64,000 bases of DNA from Obrimoposthia wandeli (lineage: Eukaryota), in assembly GCA_977020255.1 (NCBI GenBank), contig CDROCS010000506.1, positions 372,001-436,000 of the forward strand, in the 5' to 3' direction. The notes under the pieces were generated by a model, which was not told where the DNA came from, ran no database searches, and saw only the letters and a list, made by a program, of their open reading frames with translations. Within the stretch, counting starts at the first letter, position 1, and each line of letters opens with the position of its first letter. Shown here piece after piece: positions 29,282-39,881 of the stretch. The position numbers and the translations under genes are program-made.

Positions 29282-32200
29282 ATGAATCAAACTGGAATCT
29301 ACGAACAACTCATCACACAACTAGTTGAGCAAAAGATAAATCGAGACTCATATTACGTTGGTGAGCGTCGATTAGAGGATGGTGAAGCAACTAGCTGGCT
29401 ATCTCGATTCCTCACTCGATTGATAGAAGTTGCTATGGATTCAGTACCCCAGAGTAATTTACGTATTACTAAGCAGATTGAGTTAGCTAATACGATTATT
29501 CATTGGTTAAGTGAACACATTCAAGATCCTGAATTAATCACAGATAACCTACTCGATAGCCAAGGTCGTATTTTAACTGCGATATTTGATAAAACAAATC
29601 CGATTGCTGCTGATTTACCTAAATATGTTGAATCTATAATGCCCCTAACTGGCCTTAGCCAAAGTGAACTCTTTAGTGGCAGTAATGCAGAGCCGTCTAT
29701 TGATAATGAATTACAGCGCGAAATAAAATCTTCTGACAAAATTTATTGGCTAGTTTCTTTTATCAAGTGGAGCGGCATACGTATATTTAAAAGAGAACTT
29801 GAAGAATTTGCTCGTAGTGGAAAGCAACTAAAGATTATTACAACGTCTTATATGGGTGCGACAGATGCGAAAGCAATTGAGTTTTTAGCCGCACTACCAA
29901 ATACCGAAGTTAAGCTCAGCTACAATACCAACCGTGAACGATTACACGCTAAGTCTTATTTATTCCTGCGCGACACAGGATTCCATACCGGTTATATCGG
30001 TTCCTCCAACTTATCGCACTCAGCGTTAACCAGTGGTTTAGAATGGAACCTCAAAATAACGTCTCAAGAAATACCCCATATTATAGATAAATCAGTGAGC
30101 ACCTTTGAAACCTATTGGGAATCGCCTGATTTTGAATCATTTGACGGTAAAACTGAAAGTCGAGAGAAACTAACCCAAGCATTACGAGAAGCAAAAGGTA
30201 ACTTTGACTCGAGTACTACACAATACTATTTTGACATTAAACCCTATTCCCACCAGCAAGCTATTTTAGCTAAATTACAAGTTGAACGAGAATTACACCA
30301 ACGCTATCGAAATCTTGTTGTTGCTGCGACCGGGACAGGTAAAACTATTATTTCTGCTTTTGATTTTTCGCGTTTTTATCAAGCGAATCCCAGCGCCAAG
30401 TTTATGTTTATTGCGCACCGAGAAGAGATCTTAAAGCAAGCACAAGGCGCATATCGTGGCGTGCTTAAAAACAGTACTTTTGGTGAACTCTGGGTTGGTA
30501 ATAACAAACCAAGTAAATACCAACACTTGTTTGTCTCGATTCAAAGTCTAAATAACCAAATAAATACATTACAGCTTAGCCAAGATTACTTCGATTATAT
30601 TGTTATTGATGAAGTTCATCATATTGCTGCCAATAGTTACAGAAGTGTATTAACGCATTTCCAGCCGAAAATTTTACTTGGTCTAACAGCAACACCTGAG
30701 CGCCATGATGGTGAAGATATTTTAACTGATTTTTGCAATGTCATCGCGGCAGAAATCCGCTTACCTGAAGCGATAAATCAACGTCACCTATGTCCATTTC
30801 AATACTTCGCGATCGATGATAATACCGACTTAACTCGTATTCCTTGGTCACGAGGTCGTTATGACGTAGCGGAGCTAACTCGTTTATATACCTATAATGA
30901 CCATAGAGTTATGCAGATCCTACAAAGCCTTGACGAGATTGTTACCGATATAAGTCAAATGCGAGCGCTCGCATTCTGTGTCAGTAAAGAACATGCCGTA
31001 TTTATGGCACAGAAGTTTACTCTAAAAGGCATTGCTTGTGGCGTGCTAACTAGTGATAACAGTCGTGAGCGAGAGTTACAACAACAACGCCTAAAATCAA
31101 AACAAATCAATGTTTTATTCGTTGTAGATATGTTCAATGAAGGCGTTGATATTCCTGAGTTAGATACTTTATTATTTTTAAGACCAACAGAAAGCTTAAC
31201 TATTTTCCTACAACAACTTGGACGAGGTTTACGACTTACTGAGGGCAAGGAGTGCTGCACCATACTCGACTTTGTTGGCAATTCACGTCCTGAATATGAC
31301 TTTACACAGAAGTTTAGAGCGCTAGTCGGTAAAACGAATCAACCTATTAATAAAGAAATTAAGCAAGGCTTTCCCAATTTACCCATAGGTTGCCGTATTG
31401 AGTTGCAAGAAAAGACTCAAGCGATGATTTTGAAAAACATCAGCGATGCAACACTCAACAAAAGTAGACTAATAAATTTAATTAATAATTATCCTCATGT
31501 AACGAGTTTGCCATTAACACTGACTAATTTTTTACACATTAATCCTAATTTTACTGTTGAAGATATCTATAAAATAAAACTCGGTAAGTTTGGTGGTTGG
31601 TCACGATTAGTAACGCAATGTCACTCCATCATCGAACCAAATTTAACAGACGAATTAGCCAGTGCCTATTATCGCGCAATCAACAATCGATTACTGATAT
31701 GCACCTCGGTATCTTATCTTCGATTTTTATTAAAGTTATGTAATAACAACTTTACCTTTAGCGAAAAAGATAACAGTGACAAGCAATTCCAATTATTTGC
31801 TCTTATGTGCCATTATGACTTTTGGGATAAATCAGGTCCCACATTAGGCTTTGATTCTTTATCTCAAAGTTTACAAGCATTAAGGCATCCACTTTTACAG
31901 GATGAGTTAAGTGAGGTTCTTTCACTATTAATTGATCGATTAGATATCAACGAGTTTGATATGCCTAATATGCAGAACTCAAGAATGCCATCATCGCCAA
32001 TAAAAATGCACGTTCGTCATCCAAAAGAACACATTCTAGTGGCGTTTGGTGATAGTCGTTTTGATAAAAAGTCATCAAGTCGTGAAGGTGTATTAAAAAT
32101 TGCAGATATGAATGCTGAGTTGCTGTTCGTAACATTGAACAAATGTGAGACGCAATTTTCTCCAACAACCATGTACCATGACTATGCAATCAGCCCAAGT

Positions 32201-32470
32201 CTATTCCATTGGCAAACACAAAACAGTGCTAAACCAACATCAGGTAAAGGCCTTGGTTATATTCAACAACAGCAGACTAATAAGACCATTTTGCTGTTTG
32301 TTAGAGAGCAAGCCAAAGATGAAAACGGTCGCACGATGGGATTTGTTAGTTTCGGTCCTGTTTCATTTGTTAAATCAGAAGGCAGTCAACCTATGAATAT
32401 TACGTGGAAGTTAGCTCATGAGATGCCAGCTTACTTATGGCATGACACAGCCAAGTTAGCAGTTGGTTAG
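29282..32470 (+). CDS. PLD-nuclease + SF2 (DEAD/DEAH-like) helicase + DUF3427 protein
   Basis: PLD LHAKSY...GSSNLS; Walker A ATGTGKT, DEVHH, GLTATPER, FNEGVDIP, QQLGRGLR; C-terminal YHDYAISPSLFHWQTQN. Likely start MNQTGIYEQL at 29282. Confidence 0.88.
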   Translation: MNQTGIYEQLITQLVEQKINRDSYYVGERRLEDGEATSWLSRFLTRLIEVAMDSVPQSNLRITKQIELANTIIHWLSEHIQDPELITDNLLDSQGRILTAIFDKTNPIAADLPKYVESIMPLTGLSQSELFSGSNAEPSIDNELQREIKSSDKIYWLVSFIKWSGIRIFKRELEEFARSGKQLKIITTSYMGATDAKAIEFLAALPNTEVKLSYNTNRERLHAKSYLFLRDTGFHTGYIGSSNLSHSALTSGLEWNLKITSQEIPHIIDKSVSTFETYWESPDFESFDGKTESREKLTQALREAKGNFDSSTTQYYFDIKPYSHQQAILAKLQVERELHQRYRNLVVAATGTGKTIISAFDFSRFYQANPSAKFMFIAHREEILKQAQGAYRGVLKNSTFGELWVGNNKPSKYQHLFVSIQSLNNQINTLQLSQDYFDYIVIDEVHHIAANSYRSVLTHFQPKILLGLTATPERHDGEDILTDFCNVIAAEIRLPEAINQRHLCPFQYFAIDDNTDLTRIPWSRGRYDVAELTRLYTYNDHRVMQILQSLDEIVTDISQMRALAFCVSKEHAVFMAQKFTLKGIACGVLTSDNSRERELQQQRLKSKQINVLFVVDMFNEGVDIPELDTLLFLRPTESLTIFLQQLGRGLRLTEGKECCTILDFVGNSRPEYDFTQKFRALVGKTNQPINKEIKQGFPNLPIGCRIELQEKTQAMILKNISDATLNKSRLINLINNYPHVTSLPLTLTNFLHINPNFTVEDIYKIKLGKFGGWSRLVTQCHSIIEPNLTDELASAYYRAINNRLLICTSVSYLRFLLKLCNNNFTFSEKDNSDKQFQLFALMCHYDFWDKSGPTLGFDSLSQSLQALRHPLLQDELSEVLSLLIDRLDINEFDMPNMQNSRMPSSPIKMHVRHPKEHILVAFGDSRFDKKSSSREGVLKIADMNAELLFVTLNKCETQFSPTTMYHDYAISPSLFHWQTQNSAKPTSGKGLGYIQQQQTNKTILLFVREQAKDENGRTMGFVSFGPVSFVKSEGSQPMNITWKLAHEMPAYLWHDTAKLAVG

Positions 32471-32529
32471 ATAGATACTGAAGCAAATACCCAACTTATA
32501 GGGCTCTCAATCCAGAGCCCTGAATAAAA

Positions 32530-32724
32530 CTAATCCTTAATAACCTTAACTCTGCCCACATCACCACTTTCTAAACGTACTTTAATACCGTGCGGATGAT
32601 TCGCTGACTTCGTTAAAATGTCTTTCACAATTCCGTCAGTCAAGTTGCCACTGCGTTGGTCTTGTTTCAGTACAATCGATACCGATGAACCTTTTTGGAT
32701 ATCTGATCTGTTTGTTCCGCTCAT
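32530..32724 (-). CDS. YwbE family (DUF2196) protein
   Basis: MSGTNRSDI..G..VSIVLKQDQRSGNLTDGIVKDILTKSANHPHGIKVRLESGDVGRV. Confidence 0.9.
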   Translation of the reverse strand: MSGTNRSDIQKGSSVSIVLKQDQRSGNLTDGIVKDILTKSANHPHGIKVRLESGDVGRVKVIKD

Positions 32725-32993
32725 GTTTGTTTCCTTATTAAAATCAGTGTGGTGTTACATTATATTGGTTGTGAGTTTGCCCTATGGTGAGTATCCGGTC
32801 AATGCCATCGCCAGAATATCTTTAAGGTATAAATGTACTCGTACAATTAGTTATATCTAACACATATATAAACTATAACTAAAAAATCATGCACTACCGA
32901 AAGAGGTATGGATTCCACATTTTAAACTAATAATCATACATAATAAAAATTGGCTTTATATTATTGAATTGCATATTCAATGAGTACATAACG

Positions 32994-34418
32994 ATGAAAT
33001 TAAACTTAAAATTTACATCAAGCCCAATAATGAAATTATTATTAGGCGCGATGTTTATATCCGGCACGATAACCAATGCTAGCGCAGATACCATTCTTCA
33101 TGCTTTTAACTGGAAGTACACTGACGTCACTTTACAAGCTAAGCATATAGCGCAAGCGGGTTATAAAAAAGTACTTGTATCACCACCGCTAAAATCGTCT
33201 GGTAATGAATGGTGGGCGCGTTATCAACCGCAAGATATTCGTTTAATTGATTCGCCTATAGGCAACAAAGAAGATTTACAGGCATTGATTCTCGCGCTTA
33301 AAAAAGAAGGTGTGGATGTATACGCCGACATCGTATTAAACCACATGGCGAATGAAAGCTGGAAAAGAGACGATCTAAATTATCCAGGTAGTGAGTTGTT
33401 AAACCAATACAGTGCCAATAGTGAATATATAAAAAGACAAACTCTGTTTGGCGACCTAAGTAAGGGCTTATTTTCTAGCGCCGATTTTCATCCACCAGGC
33501 TGTATCACTAATTATGAAGAACCCGGTGACGTACAATACTGGAGACTGTGTGGCGGTGATAACGATAAAGGTTTACCCGACCTTGATCCTAGCGATTATG
33601 TGGTTCAGCAGCAACGCACATACCTGCAAGCTTTAAAAAATATGGGCGTAAAAGGCTTTCGGATTGATGCCGTAAAACACATGAGTGATTATCAAGTGAG
33701 CCAAGTATTCACCCCAGAGATCACCGCCGGTATGCACGTGTTTGGTGAAGTAATTACCAGCGGTGGTAAAGGCCAATCAAATTACCATAAGTTTCTTGAA
33801 CCTTATTTGAATAACACCAATCATGGCGCTTATGACTTTCCGCTATTTGCGTCGATAAGATCGGCATTCTCTTATGCTGGCAGTATGTCTTTACTGCATG
33901 ATCCAGAAGCTTATGGTCAAGCATTACCGAATAACCGCGCTATCACGTTTACTATTACCCATGATATTCCGACTAATGATGGGTTTCGTTATCAGATAAT
34001 GGATCCAATTAATGAAAATTTAGCCTATGCCTATATTTTAGGTCGAGACGGAGGCACGCCGTTAATTTATAGCGATGCACTGCCAGATAATGAAGATAAG
34101 GATAATGGTCGATGGGAAAATGTTTGGAATCGCGATTATATGGTTAAGATGATCAGCTTTCACAATGAAATGAAAGGCAAACAGATGACAACCTTATATA
34201 GTGATAAGTGTATGCTGATTTTTCAACGTGAAAAAAATGGTCTTGTTGGCATCAATAAATGTGCTGAAGAGCGTTCTTATACCATAGACACATACAAGAC
34301 TGAGTTTAATTGGAATGTGGCCTATAAAGATAAGCTGAGTGATCATAGCGAAACCATTAAATCTCGTTATCATAAACTGTCTATCCCAGGCAAGACCGCG
34401 AGAATGTTTGCGCTTTAA
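32994..34418 (+). CDS. Secreted alpha-amylase (GH13)
   Basis: Signal peptide, ILHAFNW, WWARYQP, DIVLNHM, GFRIDAVKH (nucleophile Asp), GEVI, THD. Confidence 0.92.
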   Translation: MKLNLKFTSSPIMKLLLGAMFISGTITNASADTILHAFNWKYTDVTLQAKHIAQAGYKKVLVSPPLKSSGNEWWARYQPQDIRLIDSPIGNKEDLQALILALKKEGVDVYADIVLNHMANESWKRDDLNYPGSELLNQYSANSEYIKRQTLFGDLSKGLFSSADFHPPGCITNYEEPGDVQYWRLCGGDNDKGLPDLDPSDYVVQQQRTYLQALKNMGVKGFRIDAVKHMSDYQVSQVFTPEITAGMHVFGEVITSGGKGQSNYHKFLEPYLNNTNHGAYDFPLFASIRSAFSYAGSMSLLHDPEAYGQALPNNRAITFTITHDIPTNDGFRYQIMDPINENLAYAYILGRDGGTPLIYSDALPDNEDKDNGRWENVWNRDYMVKMISFHNEMKGKQMTTLYSDKCMLIFQREKNGLVGINKCAEERSYTIDTYKTEFNWNVAYKDKLSDHSETIKSRYHKLSIPGKTARMFAL

Positions 34419-34610
34419 CATCGTCAACTTTATGACCAACGCGCTTATAAAAACTAACCTAGCGCGTTGGGTTACAACAGTGGAACAAAATAAATATCTA
34501 ACTAAAACGAGAGATTTATTTACGTTGATGGCGAAGGACACATTGACCTTTATATCGGTTTTACGATAGGTTGAATACTTAGCCCGCTAAAAAATGGATA
34601 GATAGCCGCC

Positions 34611-35516
34611 ATGAGTAACGACATTCCCAATTTTAATTTATTGGCCGTGTTCGCCGCAGTCATAGAACAAGGCAGCCTGAGTAAAGCGGCAGAGCACTTA
34701 AACACCAACCAATCTACCATCAGTACCGCATTGGCCAGATTGAAGAAGGACATAGGCCAAGACCTGTTTATCCGCAGTGGCCGTGGTGTAGTGCCAAGCG
34801 CATACGCAACAAGTTTATACGCACAAATCAAAGATCCCATTCAGCAACTGAATACTGTATTTAAAGCGTTAGGCGAGTTTGATCCCGCTGAATCCACGCG
34901 TCAGTTTATGATGGCAGCACCAGAGCATTTACAATTAGCCATGCTCAACCAATTCACAGAACAACCAAACAGCAACCTAACCTTAGAAGTATTCGAACAA
35001 CCCTACGACGATGAAGACGTATACGAAGGGCTGTTAACACAAAAGTTCGATGTCATGATTGATATCTTTCCACCCCATCACCCGAATATTGCCTCGGTGA
35101 AACTGTTTGATGGCGAGTTTGTGGTGCTGTGTCGCCAAGGCCACCCCAGAATTAAACATGCACTAACCGAAACGCAATACATGGCAGAAACCCACGCGGT
35201 ATTAGATCGAACCCGAAACAAAATGCTTAGCCTGAGCCACTACACCACCCTCGACGTCAGCAAGCGTAAAGTCGCCTATCACGGCGTATCCATGTTCAGT
35301 AATATGTTGTTGTGCAGCCAATCAGATTATCTCACTGCAGTGCCGCTCTCGATGGCATTACAATTTAAAGACCAGTTAAAAATGCAAATGTTCAAGCCAC
35401 CATTCGAATATAAAAATATATCCAATTACCTTATTTGGTTGAAAAAGTTTAATCACGAACCCAGCCACAAATGGTTAAGGGAAGAGTTAATCAAAGCAGC
35501 AAACAGTTTGTCGTAA
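34611..35516 (+). CDS. LysR-family transcriptional regulator
   Basis: N-terminal HTH SLSKAAEHLNTNQSTISTALARLK..LFIRSGRG; substrate-binding domain follows. Confidence 0.93.
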   Translation: MSNDIPNFNLLAVFAAVIEQGSLSKAAEHLNTNQSTISTALARLKKDIGQDLFIRSGRGVVPSAYATSLYAQIKDPIQQLNTVFKALGEFDPAESTRQFMMAAPEHLQLAMLNQFTEQPNSNLTLEVFEQPYDDEDVYEGLLTQKFDVMIDIFPPHHPNIASVKLFDGEFVVLCRQGHPRIKHALTETQYMAETHAVLDRTRNKMLSLSHYTTLDVSKRKVAYHGVSMFSNMLLCSQSDYLTAVPLSMALQFKDQLKMQMFKPPFEYKNISNYLIWLKKFNHEPSHKWLREELIKAANSLS

Positions 35517-35665
35517 ACCATCTACCTTAAAACTATCTATCTTAAAATGACCTATCGTAAAACCGATAGATCGAATTCGTATTAGCCTGTGTTTTCACAT
35601 GAGTCAGGTCGCTATTATAGCCTCATAAACTATTCAATTGTGAAACACACTATAAGGTCACCATC

Positions 35666-37636
35666 ATGGCTAATACATTCAAAAAAATGGCACTCCCTCT
35701 TGCGATCACTGCAGCATTATTTGCATCCGGTTTTGCGACAGCTACATCAGTTACCGCTGCTACATCAAAAGTAGGTCAAGCATTACAAACTAGCTCAGCG
35801 GCGCAGTACCAAAACATCGACATAAATGCGCGCTATAAAAGCGAAGTATTATTTGAACACGAATCAAATATGTTTTGGGGTAAAGGCGAACGCATTAAAG
35901 TATTATCTAAGACGGGTGATTCTTTAGCCTACACAGCAGAATCTGAACACGTACACCCATCACTTACAAAACACAGCCGTAAAATGGATCAAGCCGTGAT
36001 CCAAGTAGACGACAATGTTTACCTTGGTTACGGTTTTGGTCTTGATACACCCGTGATGATTGAAGGTGATGACGGTATTATCATTATTGATCCAGGCGAA
36101 TCGGTACAAATGGCCGAGTCTGTTAGAGCCCAGTTCCGTGCAATCACTGACAAACCAGTGAAAGCCATTATCTATTCACACAACCATATCGATCACATCT
36201 CTGGTGTGCGAGCATGGGCCACAGACGAGCAAGTTGCATCTGGTGAAATCAAGATCATTGCCCAAGAAGGATTAACCGCAGCCGTTGCTAACTGGTCTTC
36301 AAACCTAGGCACGCTATTTGGTCAACGTACATCTTACACAGGCGCTAAAAACGTTGAAGAAGGCGAACACGGCACAGTAAACGACGGTCTTGGCCCTCGA
36401 TTCATGCAAGGTGACATCTCCTTTATCGAACCAAACGTGCTAATTAAAGACCGACTCGATATCACTATCGCTGGCGTTAAATTAGAAATCGTTAACGTAC
36501 CATCAGAAACCAAAGATGAGATCGTCGTATACCTACCAGAACAAAAGATCTTGCACGCTGCAGAAGTATTACAAGGTGAGAACTTCCCTAACTTACACAC
36601 CATCCGTGGTACTAAGTTCCGTGATCCATCAATGTGGTTTAAAGGCATCGATGTGATGCGCCAGTTCGATACTGATATCATGATCAACTCGCACGGTCGC
36701 CCTGTTGAAGGTAAAGAAGCGGTTGCTAACATCCTGACATCTTACCGTGATGCGATTCAATACACCCACGACCAAACGATTCGCTACATGAACAAAGGCA
36801 TGACGCCAGATGAACTAGTGGAAGTGGTTAAACTACCAAAACACCTTGCCGAACACCCTTGGTTAGGCGAGCACTACGGTACCGTTGCCCATGCAGTGCG
36901 TCAGATTTATGTTGGCTATAACGGTTTCTTCGAAGCTGATCCATGGCAGTTAGAGCCAATGGCTTACGACCAACGTGCAGAAGCATTTGTTGAAATCATG
37001 GGTGGGCGCGAGCACATTATCGCCACAGCCAAAGCCGCTATCGACGCCGAAAACTATACCTTTGCTGCAGAGATCTTGTCTTACCCTATCACAGTGAATA
37101 AAGATGATAGCCAAGCACGTGAACTAAAAGCAGCCGCGTATAAAGCCTGGGCAGCCGATCAAGTGAACATTAACTGGCGCAATTGGGGCCTTAACGCCGC
37201 AGCGGAACTCGAAGGTACTCGCGACTTTTCTAACATGATCAGTTTCGCATCGGTTGACGTATTAACGGCATTACCAAGCAAACAGATCTTCGACATGATG
37301 ACGTCAACGATTATTGCCGAAGACACGTTAGACGTACAAATGGCACTCACTTACAACTTTGCTGATACCAACGAATCATTCACCATTGAAATTCGTAACG
37401 GTATTGCCCAGTTACACGAGTCAGCGCAAGCAGGTGCCGATGTACAAATCAATACCAGCCGCGCCGTGCTAAACAAGATCTTAATGGCAGGTCCAAATGG
37501 TCAACAAGTGATTGGTCAGAATATGCAATCAGGTGATTTTGCATTTGCTCAAGGTAGTATCCAAGACTTTGGTCAATTCATGAGTTACTTCGATAAACCA
37601 ATGTCACCAGAAGAGATCATGCTTATCGTTCGCTAA
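35666..37636 (+). CDS. Alkyl/aryl sulfatase (SdsA1/BDS1-type metallo-beta-lactamase fold)
   Basis: Signal peptide, YSHNHIDHISG, PSETKDE, NLHTIRGTKFRD, dimerisation domain and SCP2-like C-terminal domain. Confidence 0.88.
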   Translation: MANTFKKMALPLAITAALFASGFATATSVTAATSKVGQALQTSSAAQYQNIDINARYKSEVLFEHESNMFWGKGERIKVLSKTGDSLAYTAESEHVHPSLTKHSRKMDQAVIQVDDNVYLGYGFGLDTPVMIEGDDGIIIIDPGESVQMAESVRAQFRAITDKPVKAIIYSHNHIDHISGVRAWATDEQVASGEIKIIAQEGLTAAVANWSSNLGTLFGQRTSYTGAKNVEEGEHGTVNDGLGPRFMQGDISFIEPNVLIKDRLDITIAGVKLEIVNVPSETKDEIVVYLPEQKILHAAEVLQGENFPNLHTIRGTKFRDPSMWFKGIDVMRQFDTDIMINSHGRPVEGKEAVANILTSYRDAIQYTHDQTIRYMNKGMTPDELVEVVKLPKHLAEHPWLGEHYGTVAHAVRQIYVGYNGFFEADPWQLEPMAYDQRAEAFVEIMGGREHIIATAKAAIDAENYTFAAEILSYPITVNKDDSQARELKAAAYKAWAADQVNINWRNWGLNAAAELEGTRDFSNMISFASVDVLTALPSKQIFDMMTSTIIAEDTLDVQMALTYNFADTNESFTIEIRNGIAQLHESAQAGADVQINTSRAVLNKILMAGPNGQQVIGQNMQSGDFAFAQGSIQDFGQFMSYFDKPMSPEEIMLIVR

Positions 37637-37656
37637 TTCACTTCTCGCATTAGTCT

Positions 37657-37691
37657 AAACACAAAGGAACTATCATGGTTCCTTTGTGTTT
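37657..37691 (+). terminator. Rho-independent terminator
   Basis: aaacacaaaggaac-tatcatg-gttcctttgtgttt. Confidence 0.8.
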
Positions 37692-37883
37692 CTTGTATCC
37701 CTCTATATTTCTTTATATCTCTTTCTACCTCTTTGCATCTCTTTTCAGTAAAAATACCCACCAAAAAATGACTCAAAAATAACCATGATATGGAAGTGGA
37801 CAAATAATAGCTGCAACCACCACATAATAGGTAACAATCAGATGACTCTAATTAAGTTCAATGTTATTTTGTTTTATTAATCG

Positions 37884-39422
37884 ATGATTTACACATTAAT
37901 AGGTAACTTGATGGCTAACAACTCTGCGCAATTCATTTCATTAATAAACAGCAAAGGTGAATATACTTATGCGAACACTCAATACTGTGAGGCATTAGGG
38001 TATGCACAAGATGGATTATTAGGAAAAAACAGCCGAGAGTTAGACTCGTCAACCATGCCAGCCGCTGTTATTGATGAAGTGAGAAAGACCTTAGCACAAG
38101 GTTTCTCATGGCAAGGTATTATCTGTCAAACGACCCAAAGCGGTAAAGATATATGGTTAGATACCTTTATCACTCCGCAGTTTGAAGACGGTAAAATAGT
38201 CGGTCATCAAGAAGTAAGCACCCCCGCGACACCACAAATGATTAACCGAGCAAGCACTGTCTACAAAAAGCTGCAAGGCAAAGGCCTGTTGTTTGAGTTT
38301 ACCCGTAGCCAACGCTTTATCTTGTTAACCTTAGTCAGTGTTCTCGCGCAAATATTTATCTATATCAATTTTGGTTTCGCGACGTCATTAATTGCCTTAG
38401 CTTCCGCGGTTACGCCGATGCTAATCTTCTGGCAAGACATTATCCCAATGGCACAAAAAGCCCAACGCATGCAGTCCACTTTTGACAGTGTTAGTCGTCA
38501 GGTGTATTTCGGTAAAGGCACCGCCAGCGTATTCGATTTCAATATGGGCATGCTGAAAACTAAAATTAAAGCCATTTTAGAACGTACATTAGATTCGACC
38601 AAACCAGTACAAAACGTCATTGATACAGTTTCTGTTGGTACTAATCAGATCCGTACTAACCTGGTTAATCAGCAACAAGAATTAACTGAAGTCAGCACGG
38701 CCATGTCGCAAATGCTCACTTCAACAGACGAAATTGTCCGTAACAGTGTCGAAACAACGGATGAAATCAACGCTACCTTTAATTTGTGTGCCAAAGCGCA
38801 AAGCGGTATCAATACCACCACAGTCGAAATCAAACAACTCGCAAAAGAAGTAGAACAGGCATCTACAGCTGCTGACAAGCTAAATACCGAAGCTCAGAAT
38901 GTCGGTAGCTTGATGACTGATATTCAAGCCATTGCCGATCAAACGAATCTACTGGCATTAAACGCAGCGATTGAAGCAGCACGTGCTGGCGAACAAGGCC
39001 GTGGGTTTGCCGTAGTGGCAGATGAAGTACGTACGTTATCATCACGTACCCAAGATACGGCCAAACACATTCATACCAGCTTATCGACTATGTTAGAAAC
39101 CATTAATGATTGGTTAGTGATGATGAAGAAAAACAAAAATAATGCTGACCTGTGCGTAGAGCAAGCCGAACAATCAGATCAAGCTATCGCGATTATTCAC
39201 GAAAAAATGCAGCAACTCTCGCAGCTATCAATGCAAATTGCCACCGCCGCTGAAGAGCAAAGCGTAGTATCAAACGAGATCAACAATCACGTAATGGACA
39301 TTAAACAAGGTTCAGAGCTTAATTGGCAACACACCGATACCGTTGTGACTCAAATGGCAGAATTGAAAATTGATATCAATGCCATTAGTAATCTGGCAAA
39401 AACCTTCATGCCAGCAAGATAA
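37884..39422 (+). CDS. aer: PAS-domain methyl-accepting chemotaxis protein (aerotaxis receptor Aer-like)
   Basis: N-terminal PAS ([17 protein letters not shown]), central hydrophobic hairpin, [34 protein letters not shown]. Confidence 0.8.
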   Translation: MIYTLIGNLMANNSAQFISLINSKGEYTYANTQYCEALGYAQDGLLGKNSRELDSSTMPAAVIDEVRKTLAQGFSWQGIICQTTQSGKDIWLDTFITPQFEDGKIVGHQEVSTPATPQMINRASTVYKKLQGKGLLFEFTRSQRFILLTLVSVLAQIFIYINFGFATSLIALASAVTPMLIFWQDIIPMAQKAQRMQSTFDSVSRQVYFGKGTASVFDFNMGMLKTKIKAILERTLDSTKPVQNVIDTVSVGTNQIRTNLVNQQQELTEVSTAMSQMLTSTDEIVRNSVETTDEINATFNLCAKAQSGINTTTVEIKQLAKEVEQASTAADKLNTEAQNVGSLMTDIQAIADQTNLLALNAAIEAARAGEQGRGFAVVADEVRTLSSRTQDTAKHIHTSLSTMLETINDWLVMMKKNKNNADLCVEQAEQSDQAIAIIHEKMQQLSQLSMQIATAAEEQSVVSNEINNHVMDIKQGSELNWQHTDTVVTQMAELKIDINAISNLAKTFMPAR

Positions 39423-39433
39423 GCAGGCATTAA

Positions 39434-39469
39434 TTGAATGTGGTTATAGTCATTTATAACCGCATTCAA
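39434..39469 (+). terminator. Hairpin terminator after aer-like gene
   Basis: ttgaatgtggttata-gtcatt-tataaccgcattcaa. Confidence 0.7.
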
Positions 39470-39707
39470 CTCAAATTATCTTTCCTCTATCGTACCTATC
39501 TATCGCATCTATCGCATCTATCTCTATAACCTAGCTCTGTCGCACCTATAACCATCGAACCAACAACAATATTACCCACCACATTTCATTACTATATTCC
39601 CCTAGACAAGATCACTCACTAAGTATAAAAAAAGTAAATTTAGCGGCCGGTTAGCACTCGCCAAGCATAAACCTCACCACCACAACGTCAGCCTGCGTCA
39701 ATATAGT

Positions 39708-39742
39708 GTAAACCTGTGTAAAAAAGCGTAATCATTTGTAAT
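39708..39742 (+). promoter_or_regulatory. Four GTAA(A) direct repeats at 10-bp spacing (CpxR/OmpR-family-type site)
   Basis: GTAA at 39708, 39718, 39728 and 39738; the first pair reads GTAAA-cctgt-GTAAA. Confidence 0.5.
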
Positions 39743-39796
39743 TGAACAATTAATTAGATGTAAATATTACAAATTAAAATCAAATAATACTTTCCA

Positions 39797-39814
39797 CTGA
39801 CATAAAACTGTCAC
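39797..39814 (+). promoter_or_regulatory. Pho box upstream of pstS
   Basis: ctgacataaaactgtcac versus the consensus CTGTCATA(A/T)A(A/T)CTGTCA(C/T); one mismatch. Confidence 0.85.
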
Positions 39815-39881
39815 ATTTCTCAGGTTTAATGGGTGAACTTCCAAAATAGATAACATAAACATATTACAGAGGATAGCTAGA

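Noticed and set aside
32618-32860. 80-aa plus-strand ORF overlapping ywbE
   Set aside because: Largely antisense to a well-conserved gene, with no recognisable motif.
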